Of a stretch of 64,000 nt of DNA, positions 12,561 through 25,454 are shown piece after piece (position 1 is the first letter of the stretch; every line of letters starts with the position of its first letter). The stretch comes from Rebecca billardiae RCC1528 (Eukaryota > Protista > Haptophyta), in contig OZ251240.1 in NCBI GenBank assembly GCA_965240325.2, forward strand, positions 868,001 to 932,000, given 5' to 3'. The notes beneath the pieces are model-generated. The model was not told the origin of the DNA and did no database searches. It saw only the letters and a list, made by a program, of their open reading frames with translations. The position numbers and the translations under genes are program-made.

Positions 12561-14518
12561 TCAGATGCGCCCGCGCGCCGCAAACTGGTCGGGCTCGATC
12601 GGCATCGCCAGGCGCGAGTAGCAGTCCCACGTCCAGAAGTCCACCCCCTGCTCCTCGCACCACTGCTCCACCCAGTAGAACGCGTCGGGCGCGGGGATCG
12701 TGCGCGGGCGCGGGCCCTCCGCTTGCCTCACGATGTTGCCCTCGCGCAGGTGCCAGATCTCGATCAGGCACTTGTGCTCGGGCTGGGACTCGCCGGGGCG
12801 CGTGTACGTGAGCGACCAGAACGAGCTCACGCGCTGCCGCGCGCGCTGCACGTACTTGACCTGCGACGAGATCTTGTCCTCGAGGCAGTTGCCCAGCTGC
12901 TCGCCCTGCGCCGACCAGGTGCGGGCGCGGCGCGGGCGGCGGCGCGAGGCGCGGCGCGCAGGGCGCACGGCGCTGGGCGGCTCAGCGCGCGGCGTGGGGC
13001 GGCGGCGCGGGCGAGATTCGGCGAGATCCGTCGGGGAGGGAGGCGTGGGCACGGCCGCGTCGGCGCCGCGCGCGCCACTCCCGCCGCCGGCGCCGAACGC
13101 ACCTCGTACACCAGCCGCTTGAGGCTGAGGATCTCAGCGATCCGGATGGTGACGGGTTCAGAGCCGCGCTCGCCCGCGCCGCCGAGCGAGTACCGGCCGT
13201 GCCCGCCGTACGCGGGCTCGTCGTAGGGCACGGCGAGGCGGGTGCCGGCGGGGATGGTCGCGTTCTCCTTGAAGAAGCCGCTCAGCCCGCGCGGGTTCGG
13301 CTGGAACGCCTCGTCGTTGCTGAAGGTGATCGTCGAGAGCTCGTACTGCTCGCGCGCCTCGGCGACGCGCTTGGGCGTGCGCCCGGCGACCTCAAAGGTG
13401 CCGTCGATGCGGCGCATGTCGCAGAAGAAGTCGAGGGTGGAGGTGACGGTGGCGGGCTCCGCGAGCTCGTCGGCGTGGTTGCACACCCACTGCAGCGCCG
13501 TCAGCACGAACGCCTCGAAGCCGTCGTCCGCGAGCTCGGCGCCGATCCGCGCCGCGCACACCGCCTTGGCCACCCAGGCCTCGGCGCCGAGCGCTCGGAC
13601 CTGCGCCTCGCGCAGCGCGTGCAGGGGCGACTCGAGGAGGCCGTCGGCGCTCGTCGTCGCCGCCTGCGCGAGCACGCCGGCTGCGTCGGCCGACCCCGCC
13701 GCCCCGCCCGCCGCGCCGCCCTCGGCCACCGCCGCCTTGCCGCCGCTCCCGAACTCGCGCGCCGCCGCGGCCGGCCGGAGCGAGACAAACTCCTTGGCGG
13801 TGCGCTTCGTCGTGCCGGAGCAGACCTCCGCCTGGAGCCCGGCGCGCACGGAGGCGCGGCCGCCGCCCGACGCGGCGAGGATCCGCGTGAACGCCCGCGC
13901 CACGCGGTGCGCCGCCTCGGTGCACGGCACGCCGCCCGGCGTGGCGAAGGCGAGCGCGCCGTGCAGAGCGGGCGCGGTGTCGTACTGCTCGAGCAGGTGC
14001 GCCTGGAGGGAGCGGAGCGCGGCGGCGGCGCCCGCGCCCTGCGGCGGGCGCCACTCGCTCGGCTCGCGCACCCACTGCTCGCGCGGCACCCACGCGGCGA
14101 GCCGCGCCAGCGGGCGCACGTGCGCAAACCCGCTGCCGTCAGAGCGGCTCGCCTCGCGGACGAGCGCCGGCGCATGCGCGGTGCACGCGTCGACGAGCTC
14201 GTCGACGACGGGCTTGAGCTGCTCCACGCGCTCGCGCATGCGCTTCGCGAGCTTCTGGTCCGTAGAGTACGCGCCGAGCGAGTCGCTCAGGTCGATCGCG
14301 CACGCGAAGACGAGCGCCTCGTGCGCGGCCTCCCGCACATCCTCGCTCACGCCGAGCTGCGGGCCCGGCTGGGCGGAGCTGGCGCGCACGACGGCGGTGC
14401 GGCTGAAGGCGGCACGCCGCACACGCGGGCTGGACGTACGCAGCGACGCCGCGCTGCCCGGAAGCGCGCCGAACGCCGCGACGGCGACGGCGACGAGCGC
14501 GCCGGTCCGGGCGCGCAT
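12561..14518 (-). CDS. PcfJ-like domain protein with signal peptide plus transit-peptide-like presequence; 2 exons
   Basis: An intron at about 13103..12906 joins IAEILSLKRLVYE to GEQLGNCLE...YVQRARQRVSSFWSL...LIEIW...IVRQAEG, a PcfJ-like pattern. N-terminal WVREPSEWRP...LRSLQAHLLEQY resembles the long bacterial PcfJ proteins. Confidence 0.7.
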
Positions 14519-14703
14519 GGCTCCCGCAAGATGCACCTCGTGAGCACCGCCCTCGTGAGCAAACTTCTCGAGCGCGCAGGGACCTGAGACGCCGGTTGGT
14601 CGTGAGCAACTGAGCATCGGACCTCCCGGAGAACCGGCAAGATTTCGTCGCGTCCGATTTCTATTTTCTTCGCGGACCGGAAGGATCCACCGCCTCCAAG
14701 GCG

Positions 14704-15216
14704 ATGGCGACTGCTGTGATGCGCAGCCTGTCATCGACCGTGTGGCGGCGAGCGCGCGCGCGCACGCCCAGCTGGAGCTCGACACGCCTCGCGAGTTCGA
14801 CGAGCGATCAAAGTGCGGGTGCTGCAGGTGGCGACGACGGCGACAGCGCCGACTGCGTGGATGCGGCCCTGCGCGCCACTCTGGCGCGCGTCGAGGCGGG
14901 CGTGCGCGCGCGCGAGGTGGAGGGCGTGGAGGGCGTGCGCACAGAAGGGCCCAAGTTCCTTTTACGCTTCACGTGCTCGCACGCCGCGTGCTCTCTCACC
15001 GACGAGAGCCAGCGCGTCGTGACCAAGGTCGTCTCGCAGAAGGCGTACAAGGACGGCATCGTGCTGGTGCACTGCACGTGCGACAAGCTCCACCTGATCG
15101 CGGACCGGCTCGGATGGTTTGGCGACGGGCCGACCGACATCGAAACGATCATGGCCGAGCGTGGAGAGGCAGTGGTGCGCCAGCTGCAGCGCGATGGGAC
15201 CCTAGAGATCGACTAA
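14704..15216 (+). CDS. DNL-type zinc-finger protein (Zim17/Tim15/HEP mitochondrial Hsp70 escort)
   Basis: FTC...KVVSQKAYKDGIVLVHCTCDKLHLIADRLGWF is the zf-DNL signature; Arg/Ser-rich N-terminal presequence. Confidence 0.9.
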   Translation: MATAVMRSLSSTVWRRARARTPSWSSTRLASSTSDQSAGAAGGDDGDSADCVDAALRATLARVEAGVRAREVEGVEGVRTEGPKFLLRFTCSHAACSLTDESQRVVTKVVSQKAYKDGIVLVHCTCDKLHLIADRLGWFGDGPTDIETIMAERGEAVVRQLQRDGTLEID

Positions 15217-15458
15217 GAACCCGTGATCCCTGCCCCTTGGGAGAGAAGGGCGTCGCATCAGCAGAGAAAGCACACGCGGTGAACGCGCGATTGCGACTCA
15301 TGACTCATATCGATTATTTTCGTCGAATATCGAGATTTCGTGATGGCGGATAAACTCATTTCCACAGCGACTTCGCGCTCGCGTGATCAGACACACCCGC
15401 TTCGCGATTGGCAACGCGCGCCGTCGCCCGTCACCCTTAATTGCACCGTCTTCGCGTC

Positions 15459-17328
15459 ATGGCTTCAAAGGCGATGCGCCGCACGGCGCTGTACGACTTG
15501 CACGTCCGCCTGGGCGCGAAGATGGTGCCGTTTGCCGGGTGGGAGATGCCCGTGCAGTACAAGGAGGGCATCATGCAGTCGCACCTGCACACGCGCGAAA
15601 AGGCGGGCCTCTTTGACGTCAGCCACATGCTCGGCGTGCGGTGCGCGCAGGCGCGAGGAGGCGGCGAAGGGGGCGGGGGCGACACGGGGCGATCAGGGTG
15701 GACTGAACAGCGCGTGCTCGAGCCCATCCGACCGCGCGCTGGGTGCAAGCCCCGCTCGTGCCAGCGCCGTGCTCACGCTCGGCGCGGCGCGCGTGCGCAC
15801 ACCCGCTGCTGCGCCCTGCGTGCATGCACAGCTTCACGGGCAAGGACCGCGTGGAGTTCATGGAGAAGATGGTGCCGTCCGACCTGCAAAACCTGCCCCC
15901 GTCGATGGGCGCGCTCTCGATCATCACCAACGAGAACGGCGGCATCATCGACGACTGCATCGTCACGAACCGCGGCGACGATCTCTACACCGTGATCAAC
16001 GCCGGCCACGAGGACAAGGACCTGCCGCACTTCGAGAAGCACCTCAAGGCGTTCACCGCGGGCGGGAAGGACGTGCAGATGGAGCCGCTCACGGGCAACG
16101 GGCTGCTCGCGCTCCAGGGCCCGAAGGCGGTTTCGGTCATGTGCGCGCTCGCGCGCGCGCGCGCGCTCTGGCGCATGTGCGAGGTGCCGCGTGTGAGCGT
16201 GGCAATCGTCACGGCGGCTGTGTGTGTCGCTGTTGATGCGAGCGGAGGGGCGGGATCTCAGCATGGCTCCCACTGCGCGGGATCAAGGCCGGGCGCATGG
16301 CGTGGAGCCACGCGCCCCCGCATCCGCCCGTGCGCGCGCACCGCCGCTCATCCGCGCACGCGCGCGCGCGCACCTCCCTGCTGCGCGCCGCTGCTCTGCA
16401 CGCGGGCGGCAGGGCGACGCTGTGCGACCACAAGTTCGAGGCGATGAAGTTCATGTCGGGCGTGCACATGAAGGTGGCGGGCGTGGACTGCTTCGTCACG
16501 CGCAGCGGGTACACGGGCGAGGACGGCTTCGAGATCGCGTTCCCCAAGGAGCACTCGGAGACGGTGGCGCAGGTGTGGCGCGGCGCGCGCGACACAGGGG
16601 CCCACGCGCCACCGTCACGTGCCCACGGCTCGGCACGCCCTCGGCACACGCAGCGTGGTCGGCGACCTCCGAACGGCGCACGGGCCTGACGGCCCGTCCC
16701 CCTTTCCCCGCCGCCCCCCGCCACCCCTTGCGCAGGGCATCCTCAACCACTCCGACGTGATGGCGATCGGGCTCGGCGCGCGCGACTCGCTCAGGCTTGA
16801 GGCTGGCCTCTGCCTCTACGGCAACGACATCGACGACACCACCACGCCGGCTGAGGCGGGGCTGCTCTTCGTCGTGGCGAAGGCGCGGCGCGAGCACGGC
16901 GGCTTCACGGGCGACAACGTCATCCTGCCGCAGGTGCGCGCCTCGCAGCCCAGCCCTCCCTCGCGCACACGCGCCCGTCGCTCAGCCGTGCCCGCCCGCG
17001 CGCCCGCCCACTCGCCGGCGACGCGCCTCCTCCCACGCCAACGCAGATCAAGGACAAGTCGGCGACGCGCAAGCGCGTCGGTCTGATTGTCGAGGGCGCG
17101 CCGGCGCGCAACGGCGCGGACGTCGTCGACTCGAGCGGCAACACGATCGGCAAGGTGACCAGCGGCGTGCACAGCCCGTGCCTCGGCAAGCCGGTCTCGA
17201 TGGCGTATGTGCCCAAGGAGCTCGCCAAGGCGGGCACGGAAGTGTCCGTGAAGGTTCGCAAGAAGACGACCAAGGCGGTGGTCACCAAGATGCCCTTCGT
17301 GCCGTCCAACTACTACCGCGGCGCTTAA
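15459..17328 (+). CDS. gcvT: Glycine cleavage system T protein (aminomethyltransferase); 5 exons
   Basis: Motifs [65 protein letters not shown] and MPFVP. GT-AG introns at 15641..15831, 16141..16412, 16573..16735 and 16934..17046. Confidence 0.97.
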
Positions 17329-17707
17329 GCAGAGTTATTAAGCTGGAAGCGGCGTGCCGCGGTGGGCGCGTTCCTCTCACATCGCTCTTGGACCTCCTTT
17401 CTCCTTTATTGGCCTCATCTGAATCGTCAACAAATAATATCGGCGGTCAAATCACAAATGCGCGCGGCGGTGGTCCGGTAGCACTCCTCCTCGGGATCAG
17501 GGCTGCGTCGTCCAACTCACTATTGCGGCGGCAGCTATCACTATGCCTCCGGTCTGTGCCGCGCGCTCACGACAGGCGACAGCACACTCGTCATTCAGAG
17601 TCGTAGTAATAAGCACGCTGCTAGATAGTAGTGCTGCGTAGTATAAGCTATACGGAGCACATGCCAGTGGGCAGGCGCTTGCTCACTTGACAATGACACT
17701 TTACTCT

Positions 17708-18949
17708 TTAGTCACTTGGGCCGTGGGCGCGCGTTGTGGGAAAGCGCGTCACAAACGAGCCCAGGTCGCCTCCAGGCACTCGCGCGCGCCAGTACGGCTT
17801 CCCGTAGGAGACGAGCAGCTCCTCGCCTGGCGCGACGCCACCCGGCGCGCAGACGTACACGCCCATGCGCAGCTCACCGCTCCGCCCGCGCCGCAGCCCG
17901 AACTCCACGTTGGCGTGCGCGCCCGTGTTGCGGTAGTCGTTGACGAACCGCGCCTCCGAGCCGACCGCCTGCGCGTCCACTGCCAGCTCCGACGCGTCGC
18001 CAAAGTCGAGCTCGTAGTCGGACCTGCAGCCAGCGCCGGCGTCGGCGGGATGGGCTGCGCCGGCTGTGACCACGCCCACGTAGTCGATCACGCGCTCGCC
18101 CGCGCGCAAGCGGCGCGCGGCGAACAGCCCGCACTGCCCGGCAGCCGGGTGCGGCGCGCCACCGCCGGCGGGCACAGGGCGCACACCGCCCGGGCCGAGA
18201 GCGCCTGCAGGCGGTGGGATCACGGCGACGAAGACGCGGTTGCAAGGCCGCGCGCGTCGCGGCCGAGCCCGAGCAGAGCCCGGTGCAGACCCGGCGTACC
18301 GCGCGCGCAGCTCCGGCGGCACGTCCGGCGACCACTCACACTCGGTGGCGAAGCGCACGTGGACGGGCCAGTGACCGCCGACCATGGCCGGCGGGCACGC
18401 GTGCGCGTCGGCGGCGCCCTCGTCGTCACTGGACTCAGCGGGGTCGTACGGGCGCACGCCACCCCGTGGAGCAGCGTCTGCGCCGCCGCCCCCGACAGCG
18501 CGCACCAACGAGCGCGTCAGTGAGCGCCGCTCGCGCAGGCGGAGGCCGAGCGTCGCGGCATGCGACTCGATGGCGGCGCTGATGCCGTGCGCGCGCGCGG
18601 CGGGGTCCTTCAGCCCATCGGCGGCGGCGAGGGCGGCCTGGAGCGCAGGTGCGAGCGAGGCGCTCGCGCCTCGGCGCGCGAGCCACGACGCGGCTGCAGC
18701 GCATGCAGAAGTTGGCGCCGCTGCCGTCTGACGCGCCGCGCGCGCGCTTGACGGCGGCAGCGCTGGCGGCGGCGAAGCGGGCGGCGAGGAGGGTGGCGCC
18801 GAGGGCGTCGTGGAGCCCGGCACGCGCGCGCTTGCCGATGAGATCGACATCGGAGCAGCTCGTGCGCGCGCCATGCGCTCGCGCCACGACAGAAGTGGGC
18901 GCAACGCCAACGACTTGTGTGAGCGAGGCTTGCGCCCGGCCGCCTCCAT
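17708..18949 (-). CDS. SET-domain protein-lysine methyltransferase (ARFVNDYR type)
   Basis: GLFAARRL, VIDYVG, VDAQAVGSEARFVNDYR and GEELLVSYGKPYW. Start taken at the first plausible ATG. Confidence 0.85.
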   Translation of the reverse strand: MEAAGRKPRSHKSLALRPLLSWRERMARARAAPMSISSASARVPGSTTPSAPPSSPPASPPPALPPSSARAARQTAAAPTSACAAAASWLARRGASASLAPALQAALAAADGLKDPAARAHGISAAIESHAATLGLRLRERRSLTRSLVRAVGGGGADAAPRGGVRPYDPAESSDDEGAADAHACPPAMVGGHWPVHVRFATECEWSPDVPPELRARYAGSAPGSARARPRRARPCNRVFVAVIPPPAGALGPGGVRPVPAGGGAPHPAAGQCGLFAARRLRAGERVIDYVGVVTAGAAHPADAGAGCRSDYELDFGDASELAVDAQAVGSEARFVNDYRNTGAHANVEFGLRRGRSGELRMGVYVCAPGGVAPGEELLVSYGKPYWRARVPGGDLGSFVTRFPTTRAHGPSD

Positions 18950-19320
18950 CGTGCGTGGAAAACTTGCCGCTTCACTCGCACGAGCACGATGGGCACGATG
19001 GCGACGGTCGCGAGATAGCGTCGTGACTAACGACTGAGCTAAGGCTAAGCCTAGAACGAGTGCTGATGGTCCAAGCCGTTGCCTGGTATTGGATGTCAGG
19101 GCTTTGCGCCCTGCGCAAGCACTGCGTCTTGGTCTAACCACCGCCGGCATGATTGTGCTGGGAGAACACGGCATGCATGGTCTGTCACCTCACGACATCG
19201 CTGCAGCATCGCTGAGGCGGCCCGAGCCGCCAGCGCCCGAGCTCGGCCCCGAACGATCTGCCACCCGATCTGGACGCAGAAGCGGTGGGCATGATCCCGG
19301 CTCACTTCCCCAGTCTCGCC

Positions 19321-22300
19321 CTACGTCACGCTCACCGGCTTGCCGCGCAGCGCCAGCGTGTCCATGTCGACGCGCGAGAAGCGCACGACGCCGACGACTC
19401 TCTCGGGCAGCTCGTCCTCCGTGTTGCCCTGGATGATGAAGGCGAGGTCGATCACGAGGGTCTTGCAGTAGCCCTTCACCATGTTCACGACGGACGCGGC
19501 CGCGCGCGAGGTCGTGCAGTCCACGTCCACCTCGAAGTAGTCCGGGCCGCGGTAGTAGCTGCGCGCGGCGGGCGAGCGCGGCGGCGCGAGCGAGCGCGCA
19601 CGCGGCTCGACCCCCAGGCAGGCTCCGCTGCGGCCCGCGCGCGGGCGTCGCGCGCACCTCTGCTTGAGCTTGTTCCCCAGGATCGCCGGGCGGTTCCCCG
19701 ACGAGTTCTTGAGCAGCATCGGCCCCTGCACGATCGCGGGCAGCAGCTTGAAGCGCTCGTCTCGGAAGTGGTTGGCCGCTGCCGAGAAGTCGTCCTTAGT
19801 AAACTCGGCGAAGAGGCGGTGGAACGCCTCGGAGGCGTCCGCCGGCCGGCCCGTGCTGCCCTTCGCGCGCACGGCCTGCGCGATGCCCCACTCCTCCTCG
19901 TTCATCCCGTAGTAGAACACGCCCTGGAACCCCGGCGAGCCCACCACCATCATGTTCACCACCAGGCAGAAGGGAGGCATTGTGCCGGCCGCGCGCCACG
20001 CGTGCAGCGGCGAGTCGGGCTCGGCGGCGACGTGCCGCACGGCCGAGTGCGACTGGAAGGCGTGGATCGCGGCGATGTCGAGGGCGGAGGGCGCGGATGG
20101 CAGCTTGATCCGGTCCGTGAGGTACCCCTTCGAGCGCACGCGGAACATCTCGCCCTGCGCGCGCGCGCCCGGCACACGCGGGCGCGGCACGGGCGGCAAC
20201 GGCGGCGCAGGCGGGGCGGCGCGGGCGCGCGAGCCGCGGCTGAGACAGCGTGGCGCGCGCCGTGGACGCGCGAGCCGCCGGCGCGCTCGGGCGCGCCGCT
20301 CGCGCAAGGCGCGCCCGCGGTGCGTGCGCGCGCGCGCGCCTTCGGCTGGCTGAAGCCGTTCACCCCGCCCACGTTGGGCACGGGCTGCAGCCGCAGCTCC
20401 TGCTCCGGCTGCGGCTGGAACACGTCGTCCGCCAGACCGGTCGCCGGCTGGAAAGTCCGGACGGCCGCGCCGGACTCGAGGCCGGCGGGGGACGGCCCGT
20501 CGTCGTCGCCCGCGTCGCCGACGCCGTCGCGCGGCAGCGGCACGGCGAGGCAGCCGTGCTTCGCCGTCGCGTACAGCGCGAGTGCGCTCAGCCGCTCGAA
20601 GAAGGGGCAGTGCACGGCGTCGTGCGCGGCGCGCAGCCGGCGCGCCGCCGAGCCGAGCGCGCCGCCGACGCGCAGCGAGACGAAGTGGGTCACCTCGGAG
20701 CGCACGGAGAAGGCGACGGGCATGATGTGCCACGCCTCGAGCTCGACGTGCGCGCGGCGCAGCCCGTGCACCGGCCTGCACGCCGTGTGCAGCGTCGAGA
20801 CGCTCACGACGAGGTACCCGTTGCCCGCAGCGCCCGTCTCCGCGTCCGCCGCCGTCGTGTCAGGAGGGATCTCCACCCAGTGGCGCCAGACGAGCACGTC
20901 GCGCTCGGCGGCGAAGGAGGAGGCCGGGAGGGCGGCCGCGTTGAGGATGATGTGCGCCACGTCCGAGTTCGGCGAGAGCGTGTCCACCGCGTCGCCGTGC
21001 TCGAACGTCAGGTCCCACTGCCGCCGAACCTCCTGCACGGGCCGAGTGCGCGCGCCGCACGCCGCGGCGGGTGGCGCGCGGCGGGGCGGCCCGGCACCGG
21101 ACGGCGCGGGTGAGCGGAGTGGGCGCGCGCGTCGCGCTGCACGCCGCGCTGCACGTCGCGCACCCCGCGCCGCGCCGCGCCGCGCGTGCGCCTCACCCGC
21201 AGCTCGAGCACGATGTTGCGCACAGAGCGCGGCGGCGCGTCCACCTGCACCACAGCCTTGTGCGCGCACAGCGGCGCGAGGCCGCCGCCGTGGGTGTGCT
21301 CGAGCACGCGCGCCGAGCCGAGGACGGCGCGGAGGCGCCACGCGGAGCTCTCCGTGTGCACCGCGTGCCGCACCTGCCGAAACGCCTCGGCGAGCGGCGG
21401 CGGCACAGGAGCCAGCCGCGACGCGGGTCCGGCCGCCGACGGCCCTGCGCCGGGGCCCGCCCCGCCCGCCGCGGCGGCGGTGGCACCGCTGCCGCTGCCC
21501 ACGCTGTCCTCGCGGCGCGAGACGGAGGGCCCGCCCGCCCCGGGCGAGCCGAGGAGCGGCGGCGGCTCCGCGCCGAACGCGAGCGGCGGCGTCTGCCCCG
21601 CCTGCGCCACCTGCGCCGCCAGCTGCTCCGAGCGGATCACCTTGTCGCTCAGCATGTGCACGTGCTCGCGCCAGCGCTGCACGTCCTCGGAGGTGACCGC
21701 GGCGGCGCCCGCGGCGGTCTGCGATGGGGCGGGGAGAGGGCCTCGGGGGCGCGCACGCCATCACGCGCGCCCGCGCCCACGCCCGCGCGCGTCGCGCCAA
21801 GGCGCGCGGCGGCCGAGCGACGGCGCGTGGCGCCGCGCCCGCGCGCGCACCCGTCTGTGCTTACGCCATGTGCTCGCCGTGGCCGCGCCCGCGCCGCCGC
21901 CGACGAGGGCGAGGCCGACGCCGATCGCGAGCACAGGGATCCCAAAGTTGAGGATGAGCAGCGCCGTGCCACCCGCCGCCGCGGCCAGCCCGACCTTTGT
22001 GCCCTCCCACTTGGCTCCTGACATGTCCAGCGGCTTGTGCGGCGCGCGCGCAGCGGAGGCGCTCGGCGCGACGGCCGGGTCCGCGGCCTTGCCGGGCGCC
22101 GACCTGGTCTGCCGGCTGATCTCCGCCGCCTTCTCCACCGCCGACGCCGCCTGCGCGCCGAAGCGGCGCTTGACCTGCGCGATGATGAGCTTCGAGTCGT
22201 TGTCATGCAGCTGCTGCTCGAGGACGCGCGATTGGACCTGGAGGTCGTGCAGCTGGGCGGCGTGCTCGGCGACGGGGTCCGAACGAAACGGGAACGCCTT

Positions 22301-22360
22301 GCGCCGCTCCGCGAGGAAGGAGCGGAAGCGCTGCTCCACGTCTTTCCCCGTGGTCGTCAT
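19321..22360 (-). CDS. EDR2-like protein: START-like domain + EDR2_C (DUF1336); 5 exons
   Basis: RRQWDLTFEHGD..DTLSPNSDV (START); FRVRSKGYLTDRIK, RFKLLPAIVQGP, YFEVDVD and LVIDLAFIIQGNTEDELPERVVG (EDR2_C). Introns at 21850..21719, 21196..~21033, 20339..20155 (GC-AG) and 19657..19559. Confidence 0.88.
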
Positions 22361-22635
22361 CGCGCGCGATGACGCGCGCTGGGCGGCCGCAGACGCGCGC
22401 CGCCTCCCGGAGCCGGGGATGCAACACCGGAGCTTCCGACGACGAGCGGCTCCGAGCGCCGGAGAATTCTGAGCGCGGCAGATGTTTTTTTAAAAGGCCG
22501 CTCGCATTTCTGCCGGCGGCGCACCCGCACGGGCGCGGCGACGACAACGACGTCGACTCGGAATAGGCGGTTGGTCCGTCCACGCCGTCGGCAGCGGACT
22601 TAGCAGACGACGTACATGCGACCGCTCGCGCCGAG

Positions 22636-25454
22636 CTAGTACAGCTTGGTCCGGCAATTCCGCGCGCCGCAATGGCACGGCAGCGTCTTGCCCGGCACCT
22701 GCGAGGGGCGCGTCGCGTCGCGGCAGCGGCGCGCGCGTCATCTCGGGCGCGCGGCGGGGCGCTGGGCGGCGCAGCTCGCGCCGGGTGCTGCGCGCGCGGC
22801 AGCCGTGCGGCGCGCGCACGTTGAGGTAGCCGTAGTCGTACGAGATCTCCTCGAGTGCGGCGATGTCTCGCAGCGCAAACAGCGCCACGCGCGGCAGCCG
22901 CGTGGTGTGGTCTGCGCCCGTGTGCGCGGCGACCGCGGCGACCGCGGCGCGCGCGCGCGCGCGCGCGCGCGGCGCACCGCGGTCAGAAGCAAGCGTGACG
23001 TGCGCCGCGGTGCGATGCGCCCGCGCGGTTGCATCGAGCGGGCGCGCACCGGCGAACACGCGCTGCTTGAAGCAGTTGGGCGCGCACGAGTGGTTGATGA
23101 ACCGCGCCACGTTCGAGAAGAGCGTCGCGTCCACGCACATCCGCAGCGCGTCCGCGCCGTCCCCCTGCACGTCCATCAGCCGAGACATGCCGTCGCGGTC
23201 GTACCGGATGCCGCGCTCCTCCGCCTCGTCGTCCGGCACGTGCTCGCCCGCGTACTCGCAGACGAACGAGCCCTTGCGGATCTGGTCGACCGTGCGCACC
23301 GACCAGCCCGCCTTGGGCGTGCGGAACACCTCGAGCCGAACCTGCCGCACGCAACCGCCGCCGCCCCCGCCAACGCGCGGGCGCGCGTGTCGGCGGGCCG
23401 GGAGGCGGCAGCGCGCGGCCAGCGCGCGCACGCGCCCGGCGCCGCGCGCGCCGCGCGCGCACCTGCATGCCTCGCTGCACGATCCGGTTGGGGCACGCCT
23501 GCGAGCACGCGCACAGCTCGTTGCACTCGTAGATGGACTCGTACGGCCGCTTGAGCCGGCGGCCCTGCGCGTACGCGGACATCGGCCGAGCGAGCCGATC
23601 GCTCACGCCGTCACGGTGCACGCACACGCAGCCGCCGTCGAGCGCGCACCCCGACTTGCAGCCGCAGCCGGACGGGTGCCCCGAGTGCAGGTCGTACGTG
23701 GAGAGCACGCGCACGCCCTCCGCGCCGACGCAGACGGGCACGTACGTGAAGTCGAGCGGCGCGGGCTCGTCGTCCGCGCCGTTGTACACCGCGATCGGCG
23801 AGCGCTCCACGCCCGCAGACAGGTCAGCGCACAGCAGCCGCTCCGTCGGTCGGTGACGGAGCACCACCTCGGCAATGGTGGCACACGTGAGGTCCGGCGG
23901 CGGCCTCGGCCGCGCGACGAGCACGTCGCGCCGGTCCGGGAAGAAGGGGTACGCGAGCTTGTGGTCCTGCTGCGCCTCGATCGGCACGAGGGCCGGGTGG
24001 GTCGGGTGGTCCACGGCCAAGCAGTACCCTAGCCCACAGCCGTCAGCGTCGCCGGCCGGCGGTGGCCGCGGCGGCGCGCCGTGCGCCCGCGCCGCGCTCG
24101 CGGCAACGTGGCCTGCCGCCGCGCTGCCCGTGCCGCCAGCAGCGGCGGTGGCCGCCGGCGCTGGCTCCGCGCCCGACACGGAGCCGCCCGCGACAGACGC
24201 GGCGGCGCTCGTCCCGGGCGTCTCGTCGCGCTCCCTCGCGCCCGCGTCCTCCGCAGCGCCAGGCCCGTCCTCCGGCGCCGCGCCGGCCGCGCGCCTCTCC
24301 TCCGCCGCACCCGGCGGCGCGACTCGGCGCGCCCTGAAAAGGGACTGGGTCTCCGGCAGCAGCAGCTGCTCGGCGAGCATCAGCCGCACGTCCGCGAGCG
24401 TGTGCTGCGGCGTGAGCGCGAGCACCCCGGCGACCGACTCGTCCTGCGCGTCATGCGCGAAGACCAGCAGCTCGCGCACCGCCGACGGCCCGCGCGTGCC
24501 GCCCAGCGCCATCTGAGCCGTGGTAAGACCCCAGGCTGAGGCGAGCCGGCGGCGGCGCGCCTGCTCGGCGGCCGCCTGGCGCACGCGCGCGTCCGCCGCG
24601 GCGGTGCGCGGGGGCCGTAGGCTGACGGGGTCGCCGACGCCATGGGCGACGTCCCCCGCCCGCCGCCCGCCCTGCAGCCACGCCAGCTTGCGCAGGTGCA
24701 GCGGCAGCTGCAGGTCGAGCTTCGAGGCCGCATCGGCCGAATCCGCATGGTCGAGCGAGCGCGCGCCCGACTTGTCCAGCAGCTGCCACGCGAGCTCGAG
24801 GATGGCGTCGCGCCCCGTGTGGTCGGCGAGGGCGGCCTCGATCGCGCCGACGATCTCGTCCGCGCACGCAAACTCGTACGCCTCCACCCGGCGCAGCACC
24901 GCCGCCAGCGCCCGCTGGAAGCCTGCCAGGATGGCGGTCGGGCTTTTGGTGTTCTTCCTGGGCGGCTTGTGCCTGCGCAGCTCGGCCGAGTCCATCAGCG
25001 TGCGCAGGAGCTCCGTGTACGCCTCGTGGGAGCAGAAGGCGAGCCAACGTAGCCTAGACTCGAAGATGAGGAGCAGGTCGCGCAGCCGCGCGAGCGACAT
25101 GCCCGCGGCCGTGGTCGCCTCGCGCCAGCGCGGCCGCAACGCCGCCCATTCGGTGGAGAACGCGCACGGCAGCACGACGGCCTCGAGGTTGAGCATCGAC
25201 GTCGCGAGCGCCTCGGGCGTGCTCGATTCGCACACGTTGTTGAACCACGGCTCGCGCGCCGACTCCCACAGCACGTGGTCTACCGCGTTCCACGGGATCG
25301 CGTCCTCGAGATCGAGCAGGTGCGAGCGCACCTGGTCCAACCCGTCATGCAGCGGGCGGGTGAGGTGCACCTTCCACGTGTCGTCGCTCGCGATTGCGTC
25401 CGCGTCGTACCCGATCAGCAGGTGCACGCGCTTATTCTTCGCCGCGGCGGCCAT
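22636..25454 (-). CDS. SUV39/SUVH-like histone methyltransferase (Pre-SET, SET, Post-SET); 4 exons
   Basis: DLSAGVE, GCGCKSGC..CVC, IYECNELCACSQACPNRIVQRG, GWSVRT, FVCEYAGE, NVARFINHSCAPN, EISYDYG and CHCGARNCR, with three GTGCGC-donor introns. Confidence 0.92.
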
